A stretch of 64,000 bases of DNA from Alphaproteobacteria bacterium (GTDB taxonomy: Bacteria > Pseudomonadota > Alphaproteobacteria > UBA11136). Under the pieces are notes generated by a model. The model saw nothing but the letters and a program-made list of their open reading frames with translations, searched no databases and was not told where the DNA came from. Numbering within the stretch: the first letter of the stretch is position 1; each line of letters begins with the position of its first letter. A program made the translations under genes and the position numbers. Shown in pieces: positions 1 through 7,501 of this stretch. The stretch is taken from the NCBI GenBank assembly GCA_016776635.1, contig JADHSZ010000007.1:1066-65065 (forward strand). The letters run 5' to 3'.

Positions 1-1007
1 GGCGTGTTACGGGTTCCCTGGCCAAAGCCGGAATCGGTCTCCCACTGGTTATTGATCCAGTCCTTGACGAAGGCCTTATCCTCCCAGCCGTTCTCCAGGA
101 TGATCCGTTGTATGGCCATGTGGACCACGGTATCGGTGCCGGGATCGAGGTCGATATGAAGACCCCCGTTCTCCTCGGCGAAGGCAACGCCCGCCGTGCG
201 CCGCGGATTGACCATGATGACCTTTGTCTTGTTGCCGCGGATGCCTTCGACGAACCAGCTGTTCCAGAGTACGGTCTTGGTCTCGAAAGGATCGGTGCCG
301 GAAACAAGAACGCAATCGGCAATCTTGAAGTCCTCGTGAGAGCCTCCGAAAATGTCATAACCCACATCGACCCATCCGGGCACCGAATTGACTATGGACG
401 GATGGTCGTGATGTGAGATGGCGGGGGTGTTGATGCTCTTCAGCGCCAGCCTGGTCAGCGCATAGGTGTTCTCGAAGAACTGGTAGCTAAAATACTTCAG
501 CGCCCAGGCATGCTCCCCGTGCTTGCGGATCACATGTGTGGAAACTTCAGCGGCGATGTCGAGGGCAAAATCCCAAGTCACCGGCACCAGGATGTCATTG
601 ACCCGCACCATGGGGTATTTCAAGCGGTCCTGGGTCGGTTTTTTTGGATTGTAGACTTTCTGCGCGATACAGCCGCCACGGATGCTGTGACCGCCGCGCG
701 GGTTGACGACCGTGGCTTTCGGATCGGCCACTATCACGATGTTGTGGAGTTCGCCATTGTGGACAGCCTGGGTGTACTGGTTGGGTCCGACCCAACCACC
801 CTGCAGGGGACGCAGGGGAAAGTTCAGGCCAAGGGCGTTCTCATTTTTCTTGGGCCCGCCGTCGGGACTCGTGGTCGGCCAGCGAAAGACCTTGTAGCCG
901 CAGGCCATGATGCAGTAATCGCAACATGTGGTGAAAACCTCGGCGTCTTTCGGTGGCAGAGGAGTTTTGTCTTCGGGCTGGAAAAAGGGTGTCGATTTAT
1001 TTGCCAT
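1..1007 (-). CDS. idrA: Mo-bisPGD oxidoreductase catalytic subunit of the arsenite-oxidase/iodate-reductase (AioA/IdrA) branch. N-terminal ~335 codons; the 3' end lies beyond the window start.
   Basis: Absent from the ORF track because it is truncated. My reverse translation from the ATG at 1007 (11 nt after the Rieske gene stop) gives MANKSTPFFQPEDKTPLPPKDAEVFTTCCDYCIMACGYKVFRWPTTSPDGGPKKNENALGLNFPLRPLQGGWVGP... The C-x2-C-x3-C-GY cluster motif and the ..NALGL(N/D)F.. stretch resemble AioA N-termini. Pairing with a Tat-Rieske subunit is specific to this branch. Two adjacent cytochrome c peroxidases favour Idr over Aio. Confidence 0.7.
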   Translation of the reverse strand, partial: MANKSTPFFQPEDKTPLPPKDAEVFTTCCDYCIMACGYKVFRWPTTSPDGGPKKNENALGLNFPLRPLQGGWVGPNQYTQAVHNGELHNIVIVADPKATVVNPRGGHSIRGGCIAQKVYNPKKPTQDRLKYPMVRVNDILVPVTWDFALDIAAEVSTHVIRKHGEHAWALKYFSYQFFENTYALTRLALKSINTPAISHHDHPSIVNSVPGWVDVGYDIFGGSHEDFKIADCVLVSGTDPFETKTVLWNSWFVEGIRGNKTKVIMVNPRRTAGVAFAEENGGLHIDLDPGTDTVVHMAIQRIILENGWEDKAFVKDWINNQWETDSGFGQGTRNT

Positions 1008-1018
1008 GATTATGCCCT

Positions 1019-1567
1019 CTATCCCTTCAGGTTGTCGTAGCGGCCGTAAATAAGGCCGATCATGCCAACCGCGTAGATATCGTCATTGTCGAGTTCAAGA
1101 AGAACTTGCGGAAGGCTCTCGGTGGCATGCCCGCCGATGATTATGCCGTGCCGCGTCAGGTCAAACGTGGACTGGTGGAACGAACAAGGCCCCATGGCCT
1201 GATCGGCGGGCTTATAGATGCTGGACATGTTGCCGCCCATGTGGGTGCACAGCGCGTTGAAGGCGACCACGTCGCCACCGGAACCGATACCACCGCCGGC
1301 GGGAACTCCCAACTTGACCAGAACGCTGTTGGTATTCTTCCCGTCGTCGGGATATTTGAACTTCACCGGCTTGTTCGCCTTGAGTTCACTCAACCTACCG
1401 ATCAGCATCCGCGGATAATGGGTCATCTCGGCGGCCAGGGCCTTGCCCTCCATTCCCGGTATGCCGGTAAGCACGATGGTGCCGCCGACCACGGCGCCGC
1501 CCTTGAGAAATGACCGGCGGCTGACGCAGCCGATTCCGGACTTATTTGTGTTGTCAGGGTGTTCCAT
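1019..1567 (-). CDS. idrB: Rieske [2Fe-2S] small subunit with a twin-arginine signal (AioB/IdrB-like)
   Basis: Tat motif SRRSFLKGG followed by a hydrophobic stretch. Rieske ligand boxes CTHMGG ... CSFHQSTF. Lies immediately upstream of the molybdoenzyme gene (small-then-large order, as in aioBA). Confidence 0.8.
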   Translation of the reverse strand: MEHPDNTNKSGIGCVSRRSFLKGGAVVGGTIVLTGIPGMEGKALAAEMTHYPRMLIGRLSELKANKPVKFKYPDDGKNTNSVLVKLGVPAGGGIGSGGDVVAFNALCTHMGGNMSSIYKPADQAMGPCSFHQSTFDLTRHGIIIGGHATESLPQVLLELDNDDIYAVGMIGLIYGRYDNLKG

Positions 1568-1579
1568 GAGCCTGTTTCC

Positions 1580-2809
1580 TTATTCCGTTCCGGTCGTGGC
1601 CAGATAGATTTCGAGCCCGATCCGTTTTGCTTCCGCCTGCGTCAGTTTCTCCACGCCGGGCATGGGCTCGTAGGGGGGAATCTTCGGTGTCGCCATAATG
1701 ATCTCATCACCGCTGATCTCTTCGAGAAAGACGACAAGAGCCTCTTTTTCCTCGTCACTCAGGTTCAAGGGCTTGAGAATTTTGCTCTTGTTTCCATATT
1801 CCTCCGTGAGCGCATTCTCACCGCCGCCATCGTTATAGAAGTCGATCACCTCTTCGAGAGTGAAGAACTGGCCGGCATGCATATAGGGCGCGGTATACGC
1901 CAGATAACGCAGCGGCTGGGTCCGAAATTTGCCGATATCCTGGGGCCGCTTGCTCGTGAAATAGAGGCCGAGATCGTTCTTGAAGTCCCGGTAGTACTTC
2001 TCCCTTGACCCCTTGGCGTAGAGTTCGAAACGGAAGGTGATCTCATTCATCCCGCTCTCCTCCCATTCGGGGGGACGCGGGACGCCAAGATTGTAATATT
2101 TCTGATCGCTCAGGATCGCGCCGTTATGGCATTCGATACAATTTGCCTTGCCGTTGAACAGCTTCATTCCCGCCACGGCCTGTTCGGAAAGGGCGCTCTC
2201 GTCGCCCTCCAGATAGCGGTCGAGCGGCGTGTTCATCTGTGACAGGTCGGCCCGCTCAAAGGTAGAGATAGCCCCCCAGGCATCGTTGAGGATGGGGAGT
2301 TCGGTGCCGTAGACCTCCTTGAACATCCGCACATATTCCGGAGTCTGGCGCAGGCGCTGTTCCATTACGTCCTTTTCGCCATTGCCGGAGATACCGCCGG
2401 TGGCGGCGCCCTTGGCCTGTTTTTCCAGGCTCGTCGCGCTGCCCTGCCAGAACAGCTTGCCGAGATAGCCGCTGTTGACGACGGTGTGACAGTTGCGCCA
2501 ATGAACGCCGCCGGGATAGCCGCGGCAGATGGGCTCGTCGGTGCCCCATCCCTGTTTTGGGTTGTGGCAGTCGGCGCATGAAAGACTGGCGTCACCGGTG
2601 AGCTTGGGATCGAAATAGAGCAGCTTGCCAAGCTCGGCTTTTTCCTTGGTGATCTTATTATCGGGAGGCACCGGTACCGGCGGCAACGGCGCCAGCGGCG
2701 GATCCACGTCGGGGTCGCCGGTCGCCAACGCCGGAGCGGGAGAGCCCACGGCCCAGACGGCGGCGGCTAAAACCGCCAGCAGATAGGTCCACGACCTGGT
2801 CGGATTCAT
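1580..2809 (-). CDS. Di-haem cytochrome c peroxidase (CCP/MauG family; IdrP-like by context)
   Basis: Two CxxCH haem motifs (CADCHNPKQGWG, CIECHNG). Signal peptide MNPTRSWTYLLAVLAAAVWAVGSPAPALA. I chose the ATG at 2809, preceded by GAGGAGAAGG, rather than the track start at 2878. Confidence 0.85.
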   Translation of the reverse strand: MNPTRSWTYLLAVLAAAVWAVGSPAPALATGDPDVDPPLAPLPPVPVPPDNKITKEKAELGKLLYFDPKLTGDASLSCADCHNPKQGWGTDEPICRGYPGGVHWRNCHTVVNSGYLGKLFWQGSATSLEKQAKGAATGGISGNGEKDVMEQRLRQTPEYVRMFKEVYGTELPILNDAWGAISTFERADLSQMNTPLDRYLEGDESALSEQAVAGMKLFNGKANCIECHNGAILSDQKYYNLGVPRPPEWEESGMNEITFRFELYAKGSREKYYRDFKNDLGLYFTSKRPQDIGKFRTQPLRYLAYTAPYMHAGQFFTLEEVIDFYNDGGGENALTEEYGNKSKILKPLNLSDEEKEALVVFLEEISGDEIIMATPKIPPYEPMPGVEKLTQAEAKRIGLEIYLATTGTE

Positions 2810-2825
2810 GTCCTTCTCCTCTGCT

Positions 2826-4022
2826 CTAATTGTGAACATTGAGCCAATCCTTGATGGGCTTGTATTTCTGGGGCACATTTTCCACCTTGACGGTTACAGG
2901 CGTGCTGCTGCTCAGGCTTTCGAGGAACGCCACCAGATCTTTCTTTTCCTGGTCGCCGAGGCCGAGCGGCTGAAGTTCCGTGGCAAGGGGATCGTCCTTG
3001 CCGCCGCCACCGTTGTAGAAATCGACCACATCCCCAAGTGTGGCGATCATGCCGTTATGCATGTAGGGGGCCGTGTATTTGAGCTCCCTTAAGGTCGGGG
3101 TGATGAATTTGCCGACGTCGGCATAGTCCTTGCTGACCAGGAAATAGCCCACATCACGCCGCCATATCCCCATATTGGGAACGCCGTGGTTGTGGAGAAT
3201 CGAACGGTAGGTAATGTGCCGCACCGGATCCCTGAAAATTTCCAGGTCTTCCGCCACGCCGGTGTTGTGGGGCGTGCCGTCGGAAAGATACGGGCCGTTA
3301 TGGCACTGGATGCACTTCGCCTTGCCTTCGAAAAGGGCTTGGCCCCGTTGCGCCGCGTCACTCATCTTGCCGGTGTCGAACGGCGCATCCTTGGACACCA
3401 GCGTCTTCAGAAAGGCCACCAGCGCCTTGCGGGCCTTGCCGGAGCTACATTCGCCGCCGAAGTTCTCCTGGCACATTTTCACGTAGACAGGATCCTGCTT
3501 CATGCGCTCGTGCATAATGCGCATGTCCATGTTCATGATCGCCGTCTCGGTGATCTCGTTGCGCATCACGTCGTTGAGGTTGGCCCCCATATGGCCGTCC
3601 CACGCCCAGCCCACGCTGGCGAAGTCTTCCTTGTAGGTGGTGTTGACGAGGGTCGGCGCATTGCGGAAGTGATTGGTGCCGGGATAGGCTTCGGAGAGCC
3701 GTTGCGGCTTGCCATTCTTGTCCGTGGATTTACCGAACCCCTGGGCCGGATCATGACAGAAGGCGCAACTTACGGCTCCGTCCCCAGAGATTCGCGCATC
3801 GAAGAAAAGCCGCTTGCCCATTTCGACCATGGACGCCTTGGGCGCCTTTTTCGCGGGAAGCGGCCCGATGGCTGGAACCTCGCCGACCTGCTGGATTTCG
3901 GGCGCTCCGGCCTGCTGGGTTCCGGGTGTTCCGGCCCGGTCCAGCACAGCAATGGCGATGACGACGGCAACGGCAATGGCCGCCAACACTCCCGTAGAAG
4001 CTGTAATCCTCGGCATGTTCAT
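2826..4022 (-). CDS. Di-haem cytochrome c peroxidase (CCP/MauG family; second IdrP-like paralogue)
   Basis: CAFCHDPAQGFG and CIQCHNGPY haem motifs. N-terminal TM/signal MNMPRITASTGVLAAIAVAVVIAIAVL. Start chosen at the ATG at 4022; the track start 4064 adds 14 non-signal residues. Confidence 0.85.
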   Translation of the reverse strand: MNMPRITASTGVLAAIAVAVVIAIAVLDRAGTPGTQQAGAPEIQQVGEVPAIGPLPAKKAPKASMVEMGKRLFFDARISGDGAVSCAFCHDPAQGFGKSTDKNGKPQRLSEAYPGTNHFRNAPTLVNTTYKEDFASVGWAWDGHMGANLNDVMRNEITETAIMNMDMRIMHERMKQDPVYVKMCQENFGGECSSGKARKALVAFLKTLVSKDAPFDTGKMSDAAQRGQALFEGKAKCIQCHNGPYLSDGTPHNTGVAEDLEIFRDPVRHITYRSILHNHGVPNMGIWRRDVGYFLVSKDYADVGKFITPTLRELKYTAPYMHNGMIATLGDVVDFYNGGGGKDDPLATELQPLGLGDQEKKDLVAFLESLSSSTPVTVKVENVPQKYKPIKDWLNVHN

Positions 4023-4070
4023 TTTTCGCCCCTCTCGTTCACCTGAGTTATCCACCCAGGTCATTCACGT

Positions 4071-4841
4071 TCATTTACTGGAAAAGCTGAAATCCTGCGC
4101 CACCGTTCCGCCCTCGGCGACCGTGATCTTGGCCTTCTGGACCCCGAGACGCGGATGCCATGCCTTGAGGGTGTATTTTCCGGGAGGAACGTCGCCCAGG
4201 GAGTACGAGCCATCCTCGCCGACCACCACCGCGTAGGGATGCTTGGGCACCACCATGAAGCCGAACATGAAATTGTGGGCCTCGCAGTTGATGGAGACGT
4301 AAGGAGAGCGGCGGGGCTTCAGTTGCTCCTCGATATCGCCGGGATCGGGCTGGCCGAAGTTGAACATGGTGCGTTTGACGGCGCGCCCTTTTTCGACGCC
4401 GATCATCTCACGCGCGTTGATGTTATGCAGGACACCGGCATCGCTGTTGCGGATGGTGATGGTGCCGGGCTGCACGATCTGCGCCCAGGGGCGAAAACGG
4501 CAGCCCTTCTGGTTGATGAGGTATTTGCCGTCTTTTGGCGGCGCCCATTTCTTGCCTTCCTTGACCTTGTCGAGGAAGACGAAAGCGCCCCGCAGGGTGC
4601 CGTCCTTCACGTCCACCCACACCACCTCGCGGTTGCCGGTGCCACAGACGTCCGGGTTTTTGGTAATGGGAATTTGCTCGATGGCGTCGATGGGGAGATC
4701 GCCCTCGAAGATAAGTTTTCCGGTGATACTCCCGCCATTCTTGACGTCCACTACCTTGTAGGCGGCCGCCTCCCCATCGGGAGCAAAGGCCAAGACGGTC
4801 GCCGCCACCGAAGCGGCGGCCAATACACCGATGCGTTTCAT
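4071..4841 (-). CDS. Exported cupredoxin-like protein with a C-terminal carboxypeptidase-regulatory-like beta-sandwich
   Basis: Signal peptide MKRIGVLAAASVAATVLAFA. Candidate type-1 Cu ligands ..VLHNINA.. and ..NCEAHNFMFGFM.. (H, C-x2-H-x2-M). C-terminal GSYSLGDVPPGKYTLKAWHPRLG is typical of CarboxypepD_reg-like folds. The domain call is by eye only. Confidence 0.55.
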   Translation of the reverse strand: MKRIGVLAAASVAATVLAFAPDGEAAAYKVVDVKNGGSITGKLIFEGDLPIDAIEQIPITKNPDVCGTGNREVVWVDVKDGTLRGAFVFLDKVKEGKKWAPPKDGKYLINQKGCRFRPWAQIVQPGTITIRNSDAGVLHNINAREMIGVEKGRAVKRTMFNFGQPDPGDIEEQLKPRRSPYVSINCEAHNFMFGFMVVPKHPYAVVVGEDGSYSLGDVPPGKYTLKAWHPRLGVQKAKITVAEGGTVAQDFSFSSK

Positions 4842-4911
4842 GAATTCCCCTCCCCCTTATTCTTTAGTTGTTCTTTATCTTCGATACGTGGTTTTCATCT
4901 TCCGCGAGACC

Positions 4912-5163
4912 TTAGCGCTCCCGCCTCCTTGTTTTCGGCTTCATGTGCTTCACACCTCCGAGCGGTGAAGCGGAAGACGCCGACGACAGCGGTGTGCCGG
5001 CGACGCTCTCCAGAAACCCTTCCAGTTCACCGAGATTCTTGAAATATTTTTCCTGACTCCCTTGAACATGCCGAACATGACCTCGCCATATGAGCTCCTC
5101 GTCTGGTTCTCCTTCCAACCAAATACGCGCCACGAACGAGTTCCTGGTCCCCATTCCAGCCAT
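4912..5163 (-). CDS. Small hypothetical protein; the first gene downstream of the TGACAC repeat region
   Basis: The segment MGTRNSFVARIWLEGEPDEELIWRGHVRHVQGSQEKYFKNLGELEGFLESVAG looks protein-like, while the rest of the 127-aa track ORF does not. Start (5163 or 5154) uncertain, with no strong RBS. Confidence 0.35.
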   Translation of the reverse strand: MAGMGTRNSFVARIWLEGEPDEELIWRGHVRHVQGSQEKYFKNLGELEGFLESVAGTPLSSASSASPLGGVKHMKPKTRRRER

Positions 5164-5220
5164 TCCATTCCGCAACAGCGCTACTCTCGCGTCCCCTTGC
5201 CTTCTCCACCGGGAGACAGA

Positions 5221-5385
5221 TGACACCCTGTCTCCACCTCCTCCAAAAAAGTTATGGGCCTCAGGTAACACATGCCAATGACACGGCGGTGACACAGTGA
5301 TTAATGGGTCTTTACCAATTGTTTTTACAGAGAAAAATTAGATCGTCATCATTGTAGTGACACAAAAATGACACGCCGATGACAC
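5221..5385 (-). promoter_or_regulatory. Array of six perfect TGACAC hexamers (GTGTCA on the coding strand); candidate operator for the adjacent SARP-type regulator
   Basis: TGACAC starts at 5221, 5279, 5290, 5358, 5369 and 5380. The 5279/5290 pair and the 5358/5369/5380 trio are spaced exactly 11 bp. Degenerate copies (TCACAC 5415, TGACCT 5436, TGACCC 5452) follow. The array lies between the regulator stop (5635) and the first downstream ATG (5163). Confidence 0.5.
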
Positions 5386-5634
5386 CGTTTCCGGGTGTTT
5401 CAACGGCGGAAAAATCACACCAAAATCTGGAAAAATGACCTATTGCAGAAATGACCCGATTGCGACTGTGCGCGGGTCAAAGAGTTGGGAAAAACCAAGC
5501 CGTATCGGAGACATTTCCCGCAGACGGTGCCCTCCCGGCCAGCGGAAGCGGGACCAGCGCCCGTATCTGATCGGCTTATGCCCGGGCCTTAAGGAAGCCG
5601 CGGCCGGATGGAGAACCCATCCGTTGGCAACCCG

Positions 5635-6852
5635 CTAGGGTAACGAACCGGCGGCGTGGTCCGCGTCACCCTTAAGGGAAGCGCCGGAGAGAGCTTTCTC
5701 TCCATTTCCGAGAAGCTCTTGGTAGAGGCGTAACGTCTCGGGCGTAGGCTCCAGGCCGAACTCTTCGGCAAGCACATGCTGCCATTTCTGGAACTGGGCC
5801 TCCACCAAATCATATCGTCCGAGGCGGGCTAGGTATCCGATGAGGCTCTGGAAAAAGCTCTCGCGGCAGGGCTCACGGAAAAGCGCGATACGACAAATCT
5901 GCGCCGCCTCCAGCAGGTCGCCCTGCTCGGCATGACATCGCGCCAGGCCACCCATTACTTCCAGATGGATTTCGAGCAACCGCTCCCGTTCTTCCGCCCA
6001 CCAATCCGCATAAGGGTCGCCTTCCAGAAAATCCCCGCGGTAGAGGCGTCTGGCGTTATCGAATCGCGTCAAGGCTTCCGTAATCCTTCCCTCTTTTTCC
6101 AACTCCCTGCCTTCGAAGGCGAGTTTCTCGAAGGTATCCGCATCGACCCAAACCGCATCGCGCCTCAGAAGATACGACTTATCGACCGTTTCCACCACTT
6201 CTTCCCTCAGCCCGCCGTCGCGCAACTGTTTGCGCAAAAAGCTGATGACGACCTTGAGCCGCTCCCATCCGGAAGTCATGTCGGCATCGGGCCACAGATA
6301 TTCGATAAGGCGTTCGCGGTGAAGGGGCCGGCCAAGATGGGTGACCAGGCATTTCAACAGGTCCACCGCCTTCCTGCGTTTCCACTTATCGGCAGCCAGG
6401 CCCTCGCCGGCGACGCTCAGACAGAAATGCCCAAGCGTGTAGATGCGCAGAGGCGTCGATACCAGGGGTTCCTTGAGCGCCAACCCGGCCTCGTGGAGGA
6501 AAACCACCACCATGGCGTCGCCATCGGAGCGATACTCGCTCTCGGCTGGCATGACCAAGGTGCTGATGGCCGCTGACATCATTTCTCCGTTCTTATGGCG
6601 GAGCCGGCAGGACTGAACCGACCATGGTTCACCACGCATGAAACACGACATCCCCTGGCATGAAGCCGAACAAAGGGGTTCGCCGCTGGAATAGACAGCC
6701 TGGAGGACGTCGCCGCAGTGTCGACCGGTCGCCTCGCCCGGCGTGTATCCCAGCAACCCCTCGGCGCCACTGTTCCAGCCGACGATATTCATCTTCTCGT
6801 CAATGGCGATCGCCGCTTCCGACGAAAACCGCACCAGATCAATAGCATGCAT
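5635..6852 (-). CDS. Transcriptional activator: N-terminal PAS domain, OmpR/SARP-type winged helix and BTAD domain
   Basis: PAS-like N-terminus (AIAIDEKMNIVGWNSGAEGLLGYTPGEATGRHCGDVL). The SARP DNA-binding region is LRIYTLGHFCLSVAGEGL..WKRRKAVDLLKCLVTHLGRPLHRERLIEYLWPD. The BTAD-like helical repeat region is ..YRGDFLEGDPYADWWAEERERL...LARLGRYDLVEAQFQKWQHVLAEEFGLEPTPETLRLY. Confidence 0.75.
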   Translation of the reverse strand: MHAIDLVRFSSEAAIAIDEKMNIVGWNSGAEGLLGYTPGEATGRHCGDVLQAVYSSGEPLCSASCQGMSCFMRGEPWSVQSCRLRHKNGEMMSAAISTLVMPAESEYRSDGDAMVVVFLHEAGLALKEPLVSTPLRIYTLGHFCLSVAGEGLAADKWKRRKAVDLLKCLVTHLGRPLHRERLIEYLWPDADMTSGWERLKVVISFLRKQLRDGGLREEVVETVDKSYLLRRDAVWVDADTFEKLAFEGRELEKEGRITEALTRFDNARRLYRGDFLEGDPYADWWAEERERLLEIHLEVMGGLARCHAEQGDLLEAAQICRIALFREPCRESFFQSLIGYLARLGRYDLVEAQFQKWQHVLAEEFGLEPTPETLRLYQELLGNGEKALSGASLKGDADHAAGSLP

Positions 6853-7294
6853 TATGTTTTATCCCTGCCAAGTCAGTTACACACGGGTTTCACTACGTCA
6901 CCTAACCTCCATGGCGTCAAGAGGCTGGCTTGCGCGACACGGGATAACCGATGGAACTTGCCCTTTAGCGTAAATGACCCGCCGCAAGAGTGAAAAACCG
7001 CGGATATCCAGGAGTCTCCGCGAGTCTCCGTGAATAAAACCGGAAAAAAGCGCCGGGGAGGCGATGAAACTACACATATCCGGGTATTTAACTGCGACAA
7101 TTAGCCGCGTATCTCGCCGGCAGGATTGAATCGACCGGGTGTCGCGGCCCGGGGTGGGGTTACGAAACTGGAGGATTATCAGGACCGCCTCAAGAAGGAA
7201 GAGGGTAAGGACTGAATTGGAACCGAGTTCGCAGATGTTCCCGGTTTCATTGGAACCGATTTTTTGCCCAATCCTCTGTAACCCTTGATTCCCT

Positions 7295-7340
7295 TGGGGG
7301 GCGCACGGGGATTCGAACCCCGGACCCGCTGATTAAGAGT
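7295..7340 (-). repeat. Displaced 3' half of tRNA-Lys (CCA end through the anticodon loop); island-distal att direct repeat
   Basis: tggggggcgcacggggattcgaaccccggacccgctgattaagagt is 44/46 identical to 26169-26214 in the intact tRNA-Lys. The two differences fall in the T-loop (TTCGAAT versus TTCGAGC). Confidence 0.9.
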
Positions 7341-7440
7341 TAGGAGATACGAAATTCCTCCATATTCCCCTATATTCCTAATACATTGTAATATATCACT
7401 TAATATGAAATTATCATTGCGTAAGATTCCCATAATTTCC

Positions 7441-7486
7441 TTGAATGTGCTTCCTAGTGCTCCCTATAATAGGTCTAGGAAGCACA
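7441..7486 (+). promoter_or_regulatory. Putative integrase promoter with a flanking 12-bp perfect inverted repeat
   Basis: -35 TTGAAT (7441-7446), an 18-nt spacer, then a perfect TATAAT (7465-7470). The inverted repeat is tgtgcttcctag (7446-7457) / ctaggaagcaca (7475-7486). It lies 16 nt upstream of the int ATG at 7502. Confidence 0.45.
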
Positions 7487-7501
7487 CTTGGAAGCCTTAT
7501 C

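Noticed and set aside
510-1040. Plus-strand ORFs 108-416, 510-1040 and 703-897
   Set aside because: They are antisense to the AioA/IdrA-like gene, whose reverse-strand translation I verified codon by codon for the first ~75 residues.
7179-7433. 84-aa minus-strand ORF
   Set aside because: It runs straight through the tRNA-Lys fragment / att repeat and the island junction, so it is not a plausible gene.
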